Below are positions 36,363-45,416 of a stretch of DNA of 64,000 bases, piece after piece. Both the position numbers and the translations under genes were made by a program. The notes under the pieces are model-generated. The model did no database searches and was not told the origin of the DNA. It saw only the letters and a program-made list of their open reading frames with translations. The DNA is taken from the IMG/VR virus record IMGVR_UViG_3300042375_000684. One strand, written 5' to 3'. The stretch comes from a virus. The number at the start of each line of letters is the position of its first letter. Position 1 is the stretch's first letter.

Positions 36363-36575
36363 TTAAACCTCTGCACCTAGATCTGAAAAGGCGTCATCCC
36401 ATTCTTCTGCTGTAATACCAGAAAGAATAAATTCACGGTCGCTGTCAGTAAGATAGGGCATAATGTCGTGGATATTCCCATGACCTGCCTGCCATGCCAT
36501 GTAATCATCAAGATTAACGGGAATGCTACGAGTACGTTCGATGCCAGAGATTACGCTTTTACGTTTGATATACAT
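36363..36575 (-). CDS. Conserved small phage protein
   Basis: DREFILSGITAEEWD; promoter TTGACA-17-TATATT at 36612-36640. Confidence 0.7.
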   Translation of the reverse strand: MYIKRKSVISGIERTRSIPVNLDDYMAWQAGHGNIHDIMPYLTDSDREFILSGITAEEWDDAFSDLGAEV

Positions 36576-36620
36576 GTCGATCCATCCTCATTTATATTTG
36601 TCGTATAATTCAATATATAC

Positions 36621-37187
36621 TCATTCATTTGGTTTGTCAACCATTTTGTTGAACCCAAGTTTTGCTATATAGTAAGCATCAACTATGTCAGAGACTGGGT
36701 TCCATATTTTCTCGTTCATTATGTCGAGTGTCTTTCGAATGTCGACATTTGTTTCTTCTAGAAAACATTCATACAAACGTTCTTTATTTGAATTTCCCTT
36801 TCCCGTGGCGTGTTTCTTTATTTCAGATGGCGCAAAAACAGAAAATGGTATTCCATCTTTCCATAATTTATATTTAAGAAGACCAGTGTTTTCGGCAATC
36901 TGAAAGACTCTACCTACTGCATTATATGCATAACCTTCAATGAAGCATTTTTCTGCTTTATTTTCCATAATAATACGAGAAGACCAACCTGATATATTAT
37001 CATATCTGTGAGCATCCGAATCATATTTTTCGTATTCAGTCCCAAAGAACTGCCCAGAAAAAACAATCCATTTTGGTTTTGGGGAAAGATAATAAAACTT
37101 ACAATTCTTGACATCCCACGTGTCACCATCGTGAACACAAATAGATGGACTTGTTAAACTATAATCAATACCAGCAATAATAGTCAT
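36621..37187 (-). CDS. RuvC-like Holliday junction resolvase
   Basis: AGIDYSLTSP, FIEGY, IKKHATGKGNSNK, SDIVDAY catalytic pattern. Confidence 0.78.
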   Translation of the reverse strand: MTIIAGIDYSLTSPSICVHDGDTWDVKNCKFYYLSPKPKWIVFSGQFFGTEYEKYDSDAHRYDNISGWSSRIIMENKAEKCFIEGYAYNAVGRVFQIAENTGLLKYKLWKDGIPFSVFAPSEIKKHATGKGNSNKERLYECFLEETNVDIRKTLDIMNEKIWNPVSDIVDAYYIAKLGFNKMVDKPNE

Positions 37188-37221
37188 AAATACCTCTACA
37201 TTTTCTATAGAGGTATTTATT
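37186..37221 (-). promoter_or_regulatory. 13-bp SD-sequestering hairpin with a late promoter in its 5' arm
   Basis: ATAAATACCTCTA-9nt-TAGAGGTATTTAT covers SD GAGGT and AT of ATG; AATAAATA at 37221-37214. Confidence 0.75.
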
Positions 37222-37228
37222 TCATTAC

Positions 37229-37420
37229 TTACATGTTGTCAGAATACCGCTTCATTTGTTCTCGTGCTTCTTCCAAGTAATTAGAAGCACCACCGACTCC
37301 ACCAGTTTCATCAAACCAGACAAAGACACCTTCATCATATTGATAGATATGACTTTCAATTACAATGGGATATTTTGGTTTGGCAAGATATTCGGTATTA
37401 TCATAATATTCCATAGTCAA
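37229..37420 (-). CDS. Hypothetical protein
   Basis: ORF track. Confidence 0.6.
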   Translation of the reverse strand: MTMEYYDNTEYLAKPKYPIVIESHIYQYDEGVFVWFDETGGVGGASNYLEEAREQMKRYSDNM

Positions 37421-37719
37421 TTCCTTCTCATTTGAGCAACATCAATAGCGGCTTCTCTGTTATCACGCCGAATAGGAACAAGATTTGATTTGTGCATTAC
37501 TGTAATTCCCATAATCTCGTTTCCGGAATATACATTTTCAAGTTTTTTTGGTGTTTGGCCTGGAATAGTATCTGAAGTTTTTGGAAGTGTTGATTTTACT
37601 CTGTAGTCTGGTATTTCATTAACGATAATACCCTTATATCTACCAGTAAACCCAACACGAACCAAAAGTAATTCCATTTGTCTTTCAGCTTCAATTAGTG
37701 ATTTTCTTTTCTTTTTCAT
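37417..37719 (-). CDS. Conserved hypothetical protein
   Basis: GITVMHKSNLVPI motif. Confidence 0.7.
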   Translation of the reverse strand: MKKKRKSLIEAERQMELLLVRVGFTGRYKGIIVNEIPDYRVKSTLPKTSDTIPGQTPKKLENVYSGNEIMGITVMHKSNLVPIRRDNREAAIDVAQMRRN

Positions 37720-38021
37720 GTCAATGGTTTCAATTTGAAGTCGGGAATTTGATAAGTGTAAATCTGCATTAACATACTGACCTTGTATAGATCTTGATTC
37801 AATCTACCTTCTAGATAATCCACAAGATCTATAGTTGAGTTTGTATCTACAAGATGCATATCAAAATCAACTTCAAGAGCTTCAGATATTGTACAATCCA
37901 AATCAATCATAATTTCTACAATACTTTGTTCATATGAACAAATAGTGACGTGAGTTTTATAATAAACCGATTCTAGTAAATTGTCAATAATTGATTTAGA
38001 ATGGTTGGTCACCATACCCAC
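37716..38021 (-). CDS. Hypothetical protein
   Basis: ORF track. Confidence 0.6.
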   Translation of the reverse strand: MGMVTNHSKSIIDNLLESVYYKTHVTICSYEQSIVEIMIDLDCTISEALEVDFDMHLVDTNSTIDLVDYLEGRLNQDLYKVSMLMQIYTYQIPDFKLKPLT

Positions 38022-38247
38022 CGATCGTATTTTCTACTTCTTTTACTAAATCTTCATAACCACCAATGTATCTATCATCCCACCATATCTGCGGTACTGT
38101 TTTTACACTAGGTAATTTTACTTTCATATCGTTCAGATTCTTGTCATCATCTGTGTCTTTCCATTCATATCTGAGACTATATCGTTCCGCAAGTCGTTTT
38201 GCTCGGATACACCAACCACATCTTGAATGGCCATAAATTGTAATCAT
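37996..38247 (-). CDS. Glutaredoxin
   Basis: CGWC active site, TVPQIW, YIGGY. Confidence 0.9.
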   Translation of the reverse strand: MITIYGHSRCGWCIRAKRLAERYSLRYEWKDTDDDKNLNDMKVKLPSVKTVPQIWWDDRYIGGYEDLVKEVENTIGGYGDQPF

Positions 38248-38480
38248 TTCTTTAAATCCTTTCTTGTAAACCAATAACTCCAAGAGTGTAGACAGTGATG
38301 TGGATCAAACCAAAATATGGAATCAATTAACAATACTAAATTAAACTTACCTTCTCTTTTTCGTTGGTAGTTTCGTGCGCTGAAACTTTGATTGCTATAA
38401 CCACCAAGAATTACGTTTAATAATATCGAAAATGCTATAAATATTCGCTGAAAATATTTCTTTATTTTTATTGGTTCCAT
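38244..38480 (-). CDS. Hypothetical protein
   Basis: ORF track. Confidence 0.6.
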   Translation of the reverse strand: MEPIKIKKYFQRIFIAFSILLNVILGGYSNQSFSARNYQRKREGKFNLVLLIDSIFWFDPHHCLHSWSYWFTRKDLKK

Positions 38481-38540
38481 GGAATAACTCCTTCATAATG
38501 CCATGGTGTATTTATTCCATATCAGATATCTTTTATGTGT

Positions 38541-39002
38541 TCACTCCTTAAACTCAACTGGCACACAAAAGCCATTCTTCCATGACGAATATTTTGCCTT
38601 AGCAAGACTAGTTTCAGTTTCTCCGCTGTACAGAATTTTATTGAGCTTGATTTTTTTACGCTTGTCGAGCCAAGTTCCGAGCATAATAATCCCTATAAAG
38701 GAAGCAACAAAAACCGTTAATACACCAGTTGTTACTAAAGCGTCGGCTGTGTGGTAGATAAACCCATATCCAATTGAATATACAAGCCAAATGAAGGCCG
38801 CGGCGACAGCAAGTACAAATGTAGCAACAACAAGAACTTTAAAGATACTATAGAGAGTCAGTTGCCAATATGAACAAAGATTATCTTTACTCTGGACATA
38901 TCGCTGGGCATAACCTTCACTTTTTAAAGTACCATTTGTCTGGCACATCTCAAGATTAAGTTTATAATGCCAGGAATTTTTATTTACGGAAAATAGTTTC
39001 AT
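38541..39002 (-). CDS. Membrane protein
   Basis: Two TM segments. Confidence 0.65.
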   Translation of the reverse strand: MKLFSVNKNSWHYKLNLEMCQTNGTLKSEGYAQRYVQSKDNLCSYWQLTLYSIFKVLVVATFVLAVAAAFIWLVYSIGYGFIYHTADALVTTGVLTVFVASFIGIIMLGTWLDKRKKIKLNKILYSGETETSLAKAKYSSWKNGFCVPVEFKE

Positions 39003-39478
39003 TTGATACCTTCTTCATCTAGTGCTTCACGGAGCAGTTTAAGCAATTCATCATATGTCTCTACCATAGGCATAGCATACCGATCACATACCATCTTTAC
39101 ATTACCATACCGATAAAACTCTTTTGGGCAACAAACAATGACATTATCGCCGTTAAATAGTCCAAGTTCAAGAAGAGTGATTGGTGCTTTTGAATCAGCA
39201 GTAAAGTAGTATAAATTTGCATCTGCTTGCTCTTGACATTCCAGTTCCCATTCTACTTGTTCATAGAATTTTGTTCCTGGTGTTGGATCTTGAATCCAAG
39301 ATGAATCCCAATCATCGCGGCGGGGATTTAGAAGGACCAGATCGGTATAATCTGAAAGATCATTTGTTAGGCGTACTTGCCAATTCTCTGCTGCACCCAT
39401 GTCGATTGATCCGCCGAGGAAAATACTCATTGACTCGTCTTGAATGTAGGGTTCTGGTGCTTTAATTACCCGTGCCAT
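38999..39478 (-). CDS. Nucleoside 2-deoxyribosyltransferase-like protein
   Basis: IFLGGSI..NWQ, LNPRRDDWD, QVEWEL, SKAPITLLELG. Confidence 0.82.
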   Translation of the reverse strand: MARVIKAPEPYIQDESMSIFLGGSIDMGAAENWQVRLTNDLSDYTDLVLLNPRRDDWDSSWIQDPTPGTKFYEQVEWELECQEQADANLYYFTADSKAPITLLELGLFNGDNVIVCCPKEFYRYGNVKMVCDRYAMPMVETYDELLKLLREALDEEGIK

Positions 39479-39479
39479 A

Positions 39480-39920
39480 TTATACTCCGTAAATATCTGT
39501 TGCAATTTGACCTGCGCGTTTCATGTCAGCAAGTGCGCCAAACTGATCACGGAGTGCTTTCATAATTTCACCTTTCTTAGGTACAGAACTCATTTTACTG
39601 TGACCAGTCATGAATACTCTAAGAAATGTAGTGATTTCTTCATCTGATGCCATTTGTGGTAGAACACCAACCAGAATTTGTTTTTCAAAGTTAAGAGAAA
39701 TACGACGACCATCATCAATATTCAACTTAAGATTTTCATCAATCGTAGCAACAAGTTTTTGGATTACTTTAATTGCTTCATCTTCAGTCGTGGCACGATT
39801 ACCGTTATTTTTACCTACTTTTTCAATTTCACTAAGAGCAAATAGAATAGCAGGTGCAACGGGGCTTCGTACTTTTCGAAGAGCCATAGACTCGGTTTTT
39901 AGTTTTTCTACGATATTCAT
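39480..39920 (-). CDS. YqeY/GatB-like protein
   Basis: Helical fold pattern: LKTESMALRK...EDEAIKVIQK...LPQMASDEEI. Confidence 0.6.
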   Translation of the reverse strand: MNIVEKLKTESMALRKVRSPVAPAILFALSEIEKVGKNNGNRATTEDEAIKVIQKLVATIDENLKLNIDDGRRISLNFEKQILVGVLPQMASDEEITTFLRVFMTGHSKMSSVPKKGEIMKALRDQFGALADMKRAGQIATDIYGV

Positions 39921-40204
39921 TTTACTTTCCATTGTTTTTTTACTGATTGAATCGCAGATATCATTGCAACAGAGTTGCCTTGAACATCAACGATTCTTTT
40001 CCAATATTTGAGTTTACGTTTTGCAATTAAAATTTCTGCTTCTGCTTGACGTTTTTCAGCAAAAGTTGATCGAGAGTTTACTGCGATAAAGTCAAGATAC
40101 ATCAAATTCGAAAAGTGTTTTTCATATTGTTTAACTCCATCGTAATGATAAGGATCAAACGGACCTTCGAACTTAGAAGAAGCAGTATCGTAGATGATTC
40201 CCAT
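39917..40204 (-). CDS. Hypothetical protein
   Basis: ORF track; promoter-like TTGACA at 40254-40259. Confidence 0.6.
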   Translation of the reverse strand: MGIIYDTASSKFEGPFDPYHYDGVKQYEKHFSNLMYLDFIAVNSRSTFAEKRQAEAEILIAKRKLKYWKRIVDVQGNSVAMISAIQSVKKQWKVK

Positions 40205-40295
40205 GACATATTCTCCTGATTTATTAATCTATAATAATACAAGTGTTAAGAAATGTCAACTGTATTTTACGACACATAAACAACTTAAACTATCA

Positions 40296-40745
40296 CTATC
40301 GAAGTGTTCTTCGATTTTCAACAACTGTGACCAAATCAAATCCAATAATCTTGACGGTAACCGATCCTTTATGAATTCCATCTACAGTAATTTCCATGAA
40401 CCCCTCACCATTACCATATGCTGTACCCCAAATGTCAAGCATTTCATGCACCATTTCTTCGGAGGCATAACCATCAATACACATACGAAGATTGTTTATA
40501 GAAGATGAATCCAGTGCATATGGCGATGATCCATATTCAGTGTCAAAATTCATAAACTCAATTGGCAATTCGGGATACTCTTCATCCACATCACTGAGAA
40601 GTGGTCTAACTTTAGCATCAAAAACTTTTCGAGCCTGTTCTGCACCGTATCGTTCTGCACCCCAACCAGTCAACGCAACACAAACAATCTCGTCAACATT
40701 GCCAGCATACTGGTCCAGTTTTACTACTAGGAATTTATCTTTCAT
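40296..40745 (-). CDS. Hypothetical protein
   Basis: ORF track. Confidence 0.6.
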   Translation of the reverse strand: MKDKFLVVKLDQYAGNVDEIVCVALTGWGAERYGAEQARKVFDAKVRPLLSDVDEEYPELPIEFMNFDTEYGSSPYALDSSSINNLRMCIDGYASEEMVHEMLDIWGTAYGNGEGFMEITVDGIHKGSVTVKIIGFDLVTVVENRRTLR

Positions 40746-40912
40746 TTCAAATCATCCAATTCAGGGTCATACTTCAAAGTTACTTGGTATTCTTTTTGTA
40801 GGTGGTCGCGTATCCATTCTGCAACACCTGGCACCGCTTCACAGAGCGCCAGGTCTTCTAGTGTTGAATAGACTTCTTGAAGGTCTACTTGAAGGTCTAC
40901 TTGAATTCCCAT
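40742..40912 (-). CDS. Small hypothetical protein (56 aa)
   Basis: Hand-translated; overlaps both neighbours. Confidence 0.5.
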   Translation of the reverse strand: MGIQVDLQVDLQEVYSTLEDLALCEAVPGVAEWIRDHLQKEYQVTLKYDPELDDLK

Positions 40913-42063
40913 CAATCGCCGCCTTTCAGCAAAAACGAGTTGGAAATGGTTTTGAAGCTGAAGCTCGGGTCTTCATTGCACTTCCACACAAGGCCTTCGC
41001 GGATTTTGTGACTGATACTTGGTCCTTCTGCAAGAGCAAGACCTTCGTCAACGCTGTTAGGCGCTTTCCAGTCAGTGCCAAGAACAGGAACATGATCTAG
41101 CTCATGAAAATCGGCAACCCATTGGCGATTTGCCGGAGTAAGGTATTCGTGCTTTACAATGTCAAAAATGTCGAATACAAAGAAACGATGTTCCTTAAAG
41201 TTTTCACGGTTACCTTGGATCGAAGGCCCGCACATTTCTCCCTGAAATGCTAGACCATCTTTGATCTTATCACCAATCTTGAGAGCCATAGCAACAAAGG
41301 TGTTGCCTGCATTTTCTTCATTGATCTTGAGCTCAAGGTTACGACTGCAAACACGAAGAACACCTTCCCAGCGGAAGATTGTGCAACTCGAACCGTCCAG
41401 TTTCATTGTAACTTCGTAGGTAGGTTCTTGGAAGTCAGCAGGAACAACGACAGGATGCTCTTGAAGAGTCTGAGTCTCAGCATTCCAGACCTTCTCAGTA
41501 GCAAACCTCTTGGCCCGCTTTTGAATATCACCAAAACAGTTCTGAATACGCTCTTGATCGGTCTTGGGGATCAAGGAAGTCGGAAACATACCCACAGCTT
41601 GGCCTTGAAGCTGAGCAGGAATTGGAGATTCCCACTTTTGGATGCCGAGGTATTCAGTGCAGTCGTATCCTTCAGACAATGATACTGAAGTATCATTTGC
41701 ACCAAACCAAACTACATCTTTCTCATCTTCTGGATTTGTTGCTCGTGGGCCAAAGACATCAAGAATGTCGGTATCGAGTAGAAGCCCTTGAGAAACCTGA
41801 CCACGCAAGCGAATAGTTCGTAGACGTTCGCCTTTCACTCCGTTGTATTCGCGCGGTTCATTGCCTTTCGACAAGAAAGGAGCAAGTTCAGTTGGGACCC
41901 AAGCGTCAATTTCAATGTAGGCTGCAAGGTCACCGACCGCAAACTCACTTTTTTTCACTACGACTTTCCAGCCGTCAATAGTTGCTACTTCGATGGCGTC
42001 AGCACCTTCGATGGGCTGAATATCGGCAATCCGACGAATAGAAGCAAGTTTACGTTCGGTCAT
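40912..42063 (-). CDS. RNA ligase (DRB0094/Rnl2-like)
   Basis: RKLASIRRI, KTDQERIQN, MKLDGSS, FQGEMCG, REGLVWK. Confidence 0.9.
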   Translation of the reverse strand: MTERKLASIRRIADIQPIEGADAIEVATIDGWKVVVKKSEFAVGDLAAYIEIDAWVPTELAPFLSKGNEPREYNGVKGERLRTIRLRGQVSQGLLLDTDILDVFGPRATNPEDEKDVVWFGANDTSVSLSEGYDCTEYLGIQKWESPIPAQLQGQAVGMFPTSLIPKTDQERIQNCFGDIQKRAKRFATEKVWNAETQTLQEHPVVVPADFQEPTYEVTMKLDGSSCTIFRWEGVLRVCSRNLELKINEENAGNTFVAMALKIGDKIKDGLAFQGEMCGPSIQGNRENFKEHRFFVFDIFDIVKHEYLTPANRQWVADFHELDHVPVLGTDWKAPNSVDEGLALAEGPSISHKIREGLVWKCNEDPSFSFKTISNSFLLKGGD

Positions 42064-42072
42064 GTGATTTCC

Positions 42073-42456
42073 TTAATCGGACGAGGATGAGTAAGAGGGG
42101 CCAGAGTCATACGACGAAGAACTCGAAGAGTCGTGTGAATGTGAGTGAGAAGACCAACTAGACCCAGAGTCGTGAGAGTGTTTTGGTGGATCATAGTCTG
42201 GTTGATTCAAGGGATTTAGAGGGGAAATTGGATTTAGTGGGTTGAAAGGATCCGTCAATGGATCGTATGTCGAGGATGGTGTTTCACGCCGATATGTCGA
42301 GTATTTGTTTCCACCAACAATATCACCAGATGCTTTGGCACCTCGTTGATTTACAATATTTGTGGTTTGTGTAACACGATTACGGTTACTCGAGAAGTTG
42401 ACCTCTTGAGTCACCTTCACTTCAGTCTTCTTTTTTCCGAAAAGCCATCCGAACAT
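42073..42456 (-). CDS. Hypothetical protein with Pro/Asn repeats and Ser-rich tail
   Basis: DPFNPLNPISPLNPLN; DSSSSSSYDSG. Confidence 0.65.
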   Translation of the reverse strand: MFGWLFGKKKTEVKVTQEVNFSSNRNRVTQTTNIVNQRGAKASGDIVGGNKYSTYRRETPSSTYDPLTDPFNPLNPISPLNPLNQPDYDPPKHSHDSGSSWSSHSHSHDSSSSSSYDSGPSYSSSSD

Positions 42457-42480
42457 CTATATCTCCTTCATTACAAGATC

Positions 42481-42510
42481 ATATTATACTGATTCTTTAA
42501 CTATGTCAAC
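42481..42510 (-). promoter_or_regulatory. Early promoter (class B)
   Basis: TTGACA-17-TAATAT with AGAATCAG in the spacer. Confidence 0.65.
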
Positions 42511-42700
42511 CGACAAGTTCAGATTCATCGGTAAAGTATGCAAGTATTTTATGATCGTTTACAATTGATCCCATGGATTGATATTCATCAGGCCAACGTG
42601 GTTCATTGACTTTTTCATAGACTTGCATAAGATCAGGTTCTTTCCTGTGATCCGCATGTACTAGATAATGATTGCAATCATATTCAACGAGTACTTTCAT
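42506..42700 (-). CDS. Small hypothetical protein
   Basis: Start reassigned to MKVLVEY. Confidence 0.55.
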   Translation of the reverse strand: MKVLVEYDCNHYLVHADHRKEPDLMQVYEKVNEPRWPDEYQSMGSIVNDHKILAYFTDESELVG

Positions 42701-42875
42701 TATTCTGTTCCTCTTGAATTTCCTTGATAATAGCAGCCATTTCATCAGTATTAACTTCGGCAAATTCATCAACATAGGCTTGAATTTCCCAAGCAACAGT
42801 TTTTGGTTCCCAATCCCAAACTGGTTGGCCATTTTCAGCAGAGTTCTGCATCAGTTCAAGCAATTGCTCTTTCAT
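42684..42875 (-). CDS. Small hypothetical protein
   Basis: Start reassigned to MKEQLLE, with SD GGAGG. Confidence 0.55.
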   Translation of the reverse strand: MKEQLLELMQNSAENGQPVWDWEPKTVAWEIQAYVDEFAEVNTDEMAAIIKEIQEEQNNESTR

Positions 42876-42879
42876 TTCG

Positions 42880-43308
42880 TTAACCTCCATAATATTCATG
42901 CCCGCTCCAGTTACAAAGAACTTTTCCGATTGCATCATATACGGGACTAACACCGCAATCGGTTGTAGGTTCATATTTAGCCGCATAATCATACAAGTCA
43001 GGAAACAAATAGATAGAAAGAATATGAATATTCATCGGCGGGCCTGGATGCCGTGGATTTTGGAACACGTCTACACGCTCGATCAGATTTTTAATATGTT
43101 CTTTTTGTTCTAGAGCATGAATTGCGGTTTTCATATCTCTCACTGTAACAATATTACTCGGAATACGCTCGTTAACATAAGAGAGACTTTTATTCAGATA
43201 AGCAATAATTGGTGTAAGATCAATAGAATTTTTCTGATCATGTTCATCGATTGCTTTTTTAATATGTTTTCCAAGCAGTCGAGCTTTTGTTGCTGCAATG
43301 TCAGTCAT
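42880..43308 (-). CDS. Hypothetical protein
   Basis: ORF track. Confidence 0.6.
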   Translation of the reverse strand: MTDIAATKARLLGKHIKKAIDEHDQKNSIDLTPIIAYLNKSLSYVNERIPSNIVTVRDMKTAIHALEQKEHIKNLIERVDVFQNPRHPGPPMNIHILSIYLFPDLYDYAAKYEPTTDCGVSPVYDAIGKVLCNWSGHEYYGG

Positions 43309-43310
43309 AA

Positions 43311-43514
43311 TTAATTTCCTTCACAGCGAATGTAGGTAAGAGTTTCGGCATCAATTGCAGGTGCCAGACTTTTTCCATATCCACCTGCACTATCAAAATA
43401 ATATTTGACACCATTCAAGCAAGCAACTTCAAACCCATTCACAACTTCATTTGTAGTTTCAGTTGGTTTACAAGCAACAAGAAATAGAACGGATACAATG
43501 ACAAGATATTTCAT
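43311..43514 (-). CDS. Small lipoprotein
   Basis: MKYLVIVSVLFLVA-C lipobox. Confidence 0.65.
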   Translation of the reverse strand: MKYLVIVSVLFLVACKPTETTNEVVNGFEVACLNGVKYYFDSAGGYGKSLAPAIDAETLTYIRCEGN

Positions 43515-43720
43515 TGGACTTCACCTTCAACAAAAATATTGGTAGCATGGATTTCACGAACCGATTCATCATCCCATTGGACTTTAAGAATTGTTTGAAA
43601 TCCATTATTTGAGAACCCAACGATGTGACCAAACATAGGACGAGCATCTTCTCCAGTGTGTAGACCACCGCAAGAACCATCTTTCTCACGAACAACAGTT
43701 CCGATTTTATATTTCCACAT
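43511..43720 (-). CDS. Hypothetical protein
   Basis: ORF track. Confidence 0.55.
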   Translation of the reverse strand: MWKYKIGTVVREKDGSCGGLHTGEDARPMFGHIVGFSNNGFQTILKVQWDDESVREIHATNIFVEGEVQ

Positions 43721-44140
43721 TCATTTTACTCCGAAGAAAGTTTTGACGTCCTTCCAGGTGCCCGTCACGAGCGGCTGATTGAATCCATTTTCATGACCCC
43801 AAACCTCGGCCCGACCTTTAGTTGCATTAAAACCGGAGGAAGGAATAATGGTGTAAAGAACATCACCGGTTACCATGTCGCAGATACGAATGTCGTCATA
43901 GAGACTACCGATCATCGGACAGTTATTCTTGAAGAACACATAGTTCTTTTCAGTGTCGATTTTGGAAGACTTCATGAGACGAAGAACTTTTTTGCCGAGG
44001 TTCTGGGTTTTTGCAGCAAGAGAAGTGTCGCGGCAGAACCAGTCATACCAACCGGCTTCAATCTGAGTGGATCGCTTGTTTGCATCAAAGTCACCGCGGA
44101 GAAAACGAATAGCAAAGTCGGCGATGGGCATATTAGACAT
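43721..44140 (-). CDS. Conserved hypothetical protein
   Basis: AGWYDWFC...YVFFKNNCP; first gene after cassette. Confidence 0.7.
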   Translation of the reverse strand: MSNMPIADFAIRFLRGDFDANKRSTQIEAGWYDWFCRDTSLAAKTQNLGKKVLRLMKSSKIDTEKNYVFFKNNCPMIGSLYDDIRICDMVTGDVLYTIIPSSGFNATKGRAEVWGHENGFNQPLVTGTWKDVKTFFGVK

Positions 44141-44155
44141 CTTGTAGGTTCCTCT

Positions 44156-44201
44156 GTTACCTTATAGAATCAGTATAAACTATTTGTAAGTAAATGTCAA
44201 C
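44156..44201 (-). promoter_or_regulatory. Repeated early promoter cassette (class A)
   Basis: Same repeat. Confidence 0.9.
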
Positions 44202-44391
44202 CACTAAAAAGTTTCCAAAGTACAAAAATTGGAATTGACAACGGCCAAAAAAGCCCCGCAGCACAAGATACCAGTGCATCGAGACCTTCAGGATCACCAT
44301 CTTTATTTTGTTTATCAAAATATTTAAGTGACTTAAAATAAACAAATAATCCAATAACTAGGTAACTTGCAAATAAAAGTTCAGTTACCAT
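44197..44391 (-). CDS. Small membrane protein
   Basis: Two hydrophobic segments, FWPL motif. Confidence 0.6.
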   Translation of the reverse strand: MVTELLFASYLVIGLFVYFKSLKYFDKQNKDGDPEGLDALVSCAAGLFWPLSIPIFVLWKLFSG

Positions 44392-44639
44392 ACACTCAAT
44401 CCTTTCTTGCGGATTACATTATTAATCCGCTTCTTCAGAACATCTACGTTAATGTCATAATCTTCTTGGATATCATAGAATGCTTCCCATTTTTCATTCT
44501 GGGACATTTGCATCTTATTATCTACAAACCATTCAATACGCTTATTGAGATTTAGAACACGAATTTTATCTTCGTAATCAAGCTCTTCGAGAAGATTTTT
44601 TCTTTGTTTTTCAAGTACTTCCATCATGCTACGTTCCAA
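44385..44639 (-). CDS. Hypothetical protein
   Basis: ORF track. Confidence 0.55.
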   Translation of the reverse strand: MERSMMEVLEKQRKNLLEELDYEDKIRVLNLNKRIEWFVDNKMQMSQNEKWEAFYDIQEDYDINVDVLKKRINNVIRKKGLSVW

Positions 44640-44968
44640 TCAAGATCTTCTTTTGTTTCAACAGATTCATAACCATCATATTCAGTGATACGGTACAAAT
44701 TGCCTTCTGGAACATCTTCGATCCGAAGTTTTGCAAAGGTGCCGCTAGCCTTGTCACCAAGCGTTTCTACGACTTGAACAAGAATCGGATCATCTCGTTT
44801 AATCGAGTGGGGACCATAGAAGTTTTCTAGTCCTTCTACTTTAAACGTATTACCCCATTTAGTTTTTTCTTCTGTATACTTGAAACCTTTTAGATCAAGA
44901 TACATGCGAGTTGCTTCATCAGAAATACCAAATCCACCATAACAAGCATTATATACAATTTTAGTCAT
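44624..44968 (-). CDS. Conserved phage protein
   Basis: KIVYNACYGGFGIS...EYDGYESV. Confidence 0.75.
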   Translation of the reverse strand: MTKIVYNACYGGFGISDEATRMYLDLKGFKYTEEKTKWGNTFKVEGLENFYGPHSIKRDDPILVQVVETLGDKASGTFAKLRIEDVPEGNLYRITEYDGYESVETKEDLDWNVA

Positions 44969-45162
44969 TTTGATTCCTCATATTGTTTTAAAACATTTGT
45001 AATACGATCATTAGATTCTCGAAACCATTCTACACAAGATTCTGCGCAGGCTTTTGCTTGTGGATCATTAATATAAAATGAAAGCACATGAAATTTATCT
45101 TCTGCTTCAAACATATCAACAAGACACCGTTTTAGTTCTGCAATTAAACTAGCTTCAGTCAT
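44965..45162 (-). CDS. Hypothetical protein
   Basis: ORF track. Confidence 0.55.
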   Translation of the reverse strand: MTEASLIAELKRCLVDMFEAEDKFHVLSFYINDPQAKACAESCVEWFRESNDRITNVLKQYEESK

Positions 45163-45415
45163 TAGTCAAACCTTTCCAAAATGAATGTTCCAGAATATAT
45201 TCGGCAGATATTATAAAAACTGATTTATGTTCATCAGTCCGTTTTTCACCTTCTGGAAGTTTTCGTTCAATCAGATGAAATACTACAGAATGATCCAGTG
45301 GCTGGGGTTTCTCAATTCCAATCACAAGTTTATTTCGATGTGTCGGTTTAATATGGTGCAAAAATTGCGTTGCACGGGCTAAATCACTGATAGAAGAATC
45401 TGCAAAGTCCACCAT
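45155..45415 (-). CDS. Hypothetical protein
   Basis: ORF track. Confidence 0.55.
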   Translation of the reverse strand: MVDFADSSISDLARATQFLHHIKPTHRNKLVIGIEKPQPLDHSVVFHLIERKLPEGEKRTDEHKSVFIISAEYILEHSFWKGLTND

Positions 45416-45416
45416 A

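Noticed and set aside
40876-40905. 12-bp tandem repeat (CTTGAAGGTCTA x2.5)
   Set aside because: An in-frame 4-aa duplication (QVDL) in a small ORF; no sign of a regulatory role.
40492-41100. 202-aa plus-strand ORF, and similar long antisense ORFs such as 19007-19510, 23776-24279, 45484-45900 and 59210-59659
   Set aside because: They lie antisense to well-supported minus-strand genes, lack an SD or promoter, and show no recognisable motifs; treated as shadow ORFs.
42073-42456. Ser-rich tail and NPL repeats
   Set aside because: Low-complexity small phage protein; no testable mechanism is visible.
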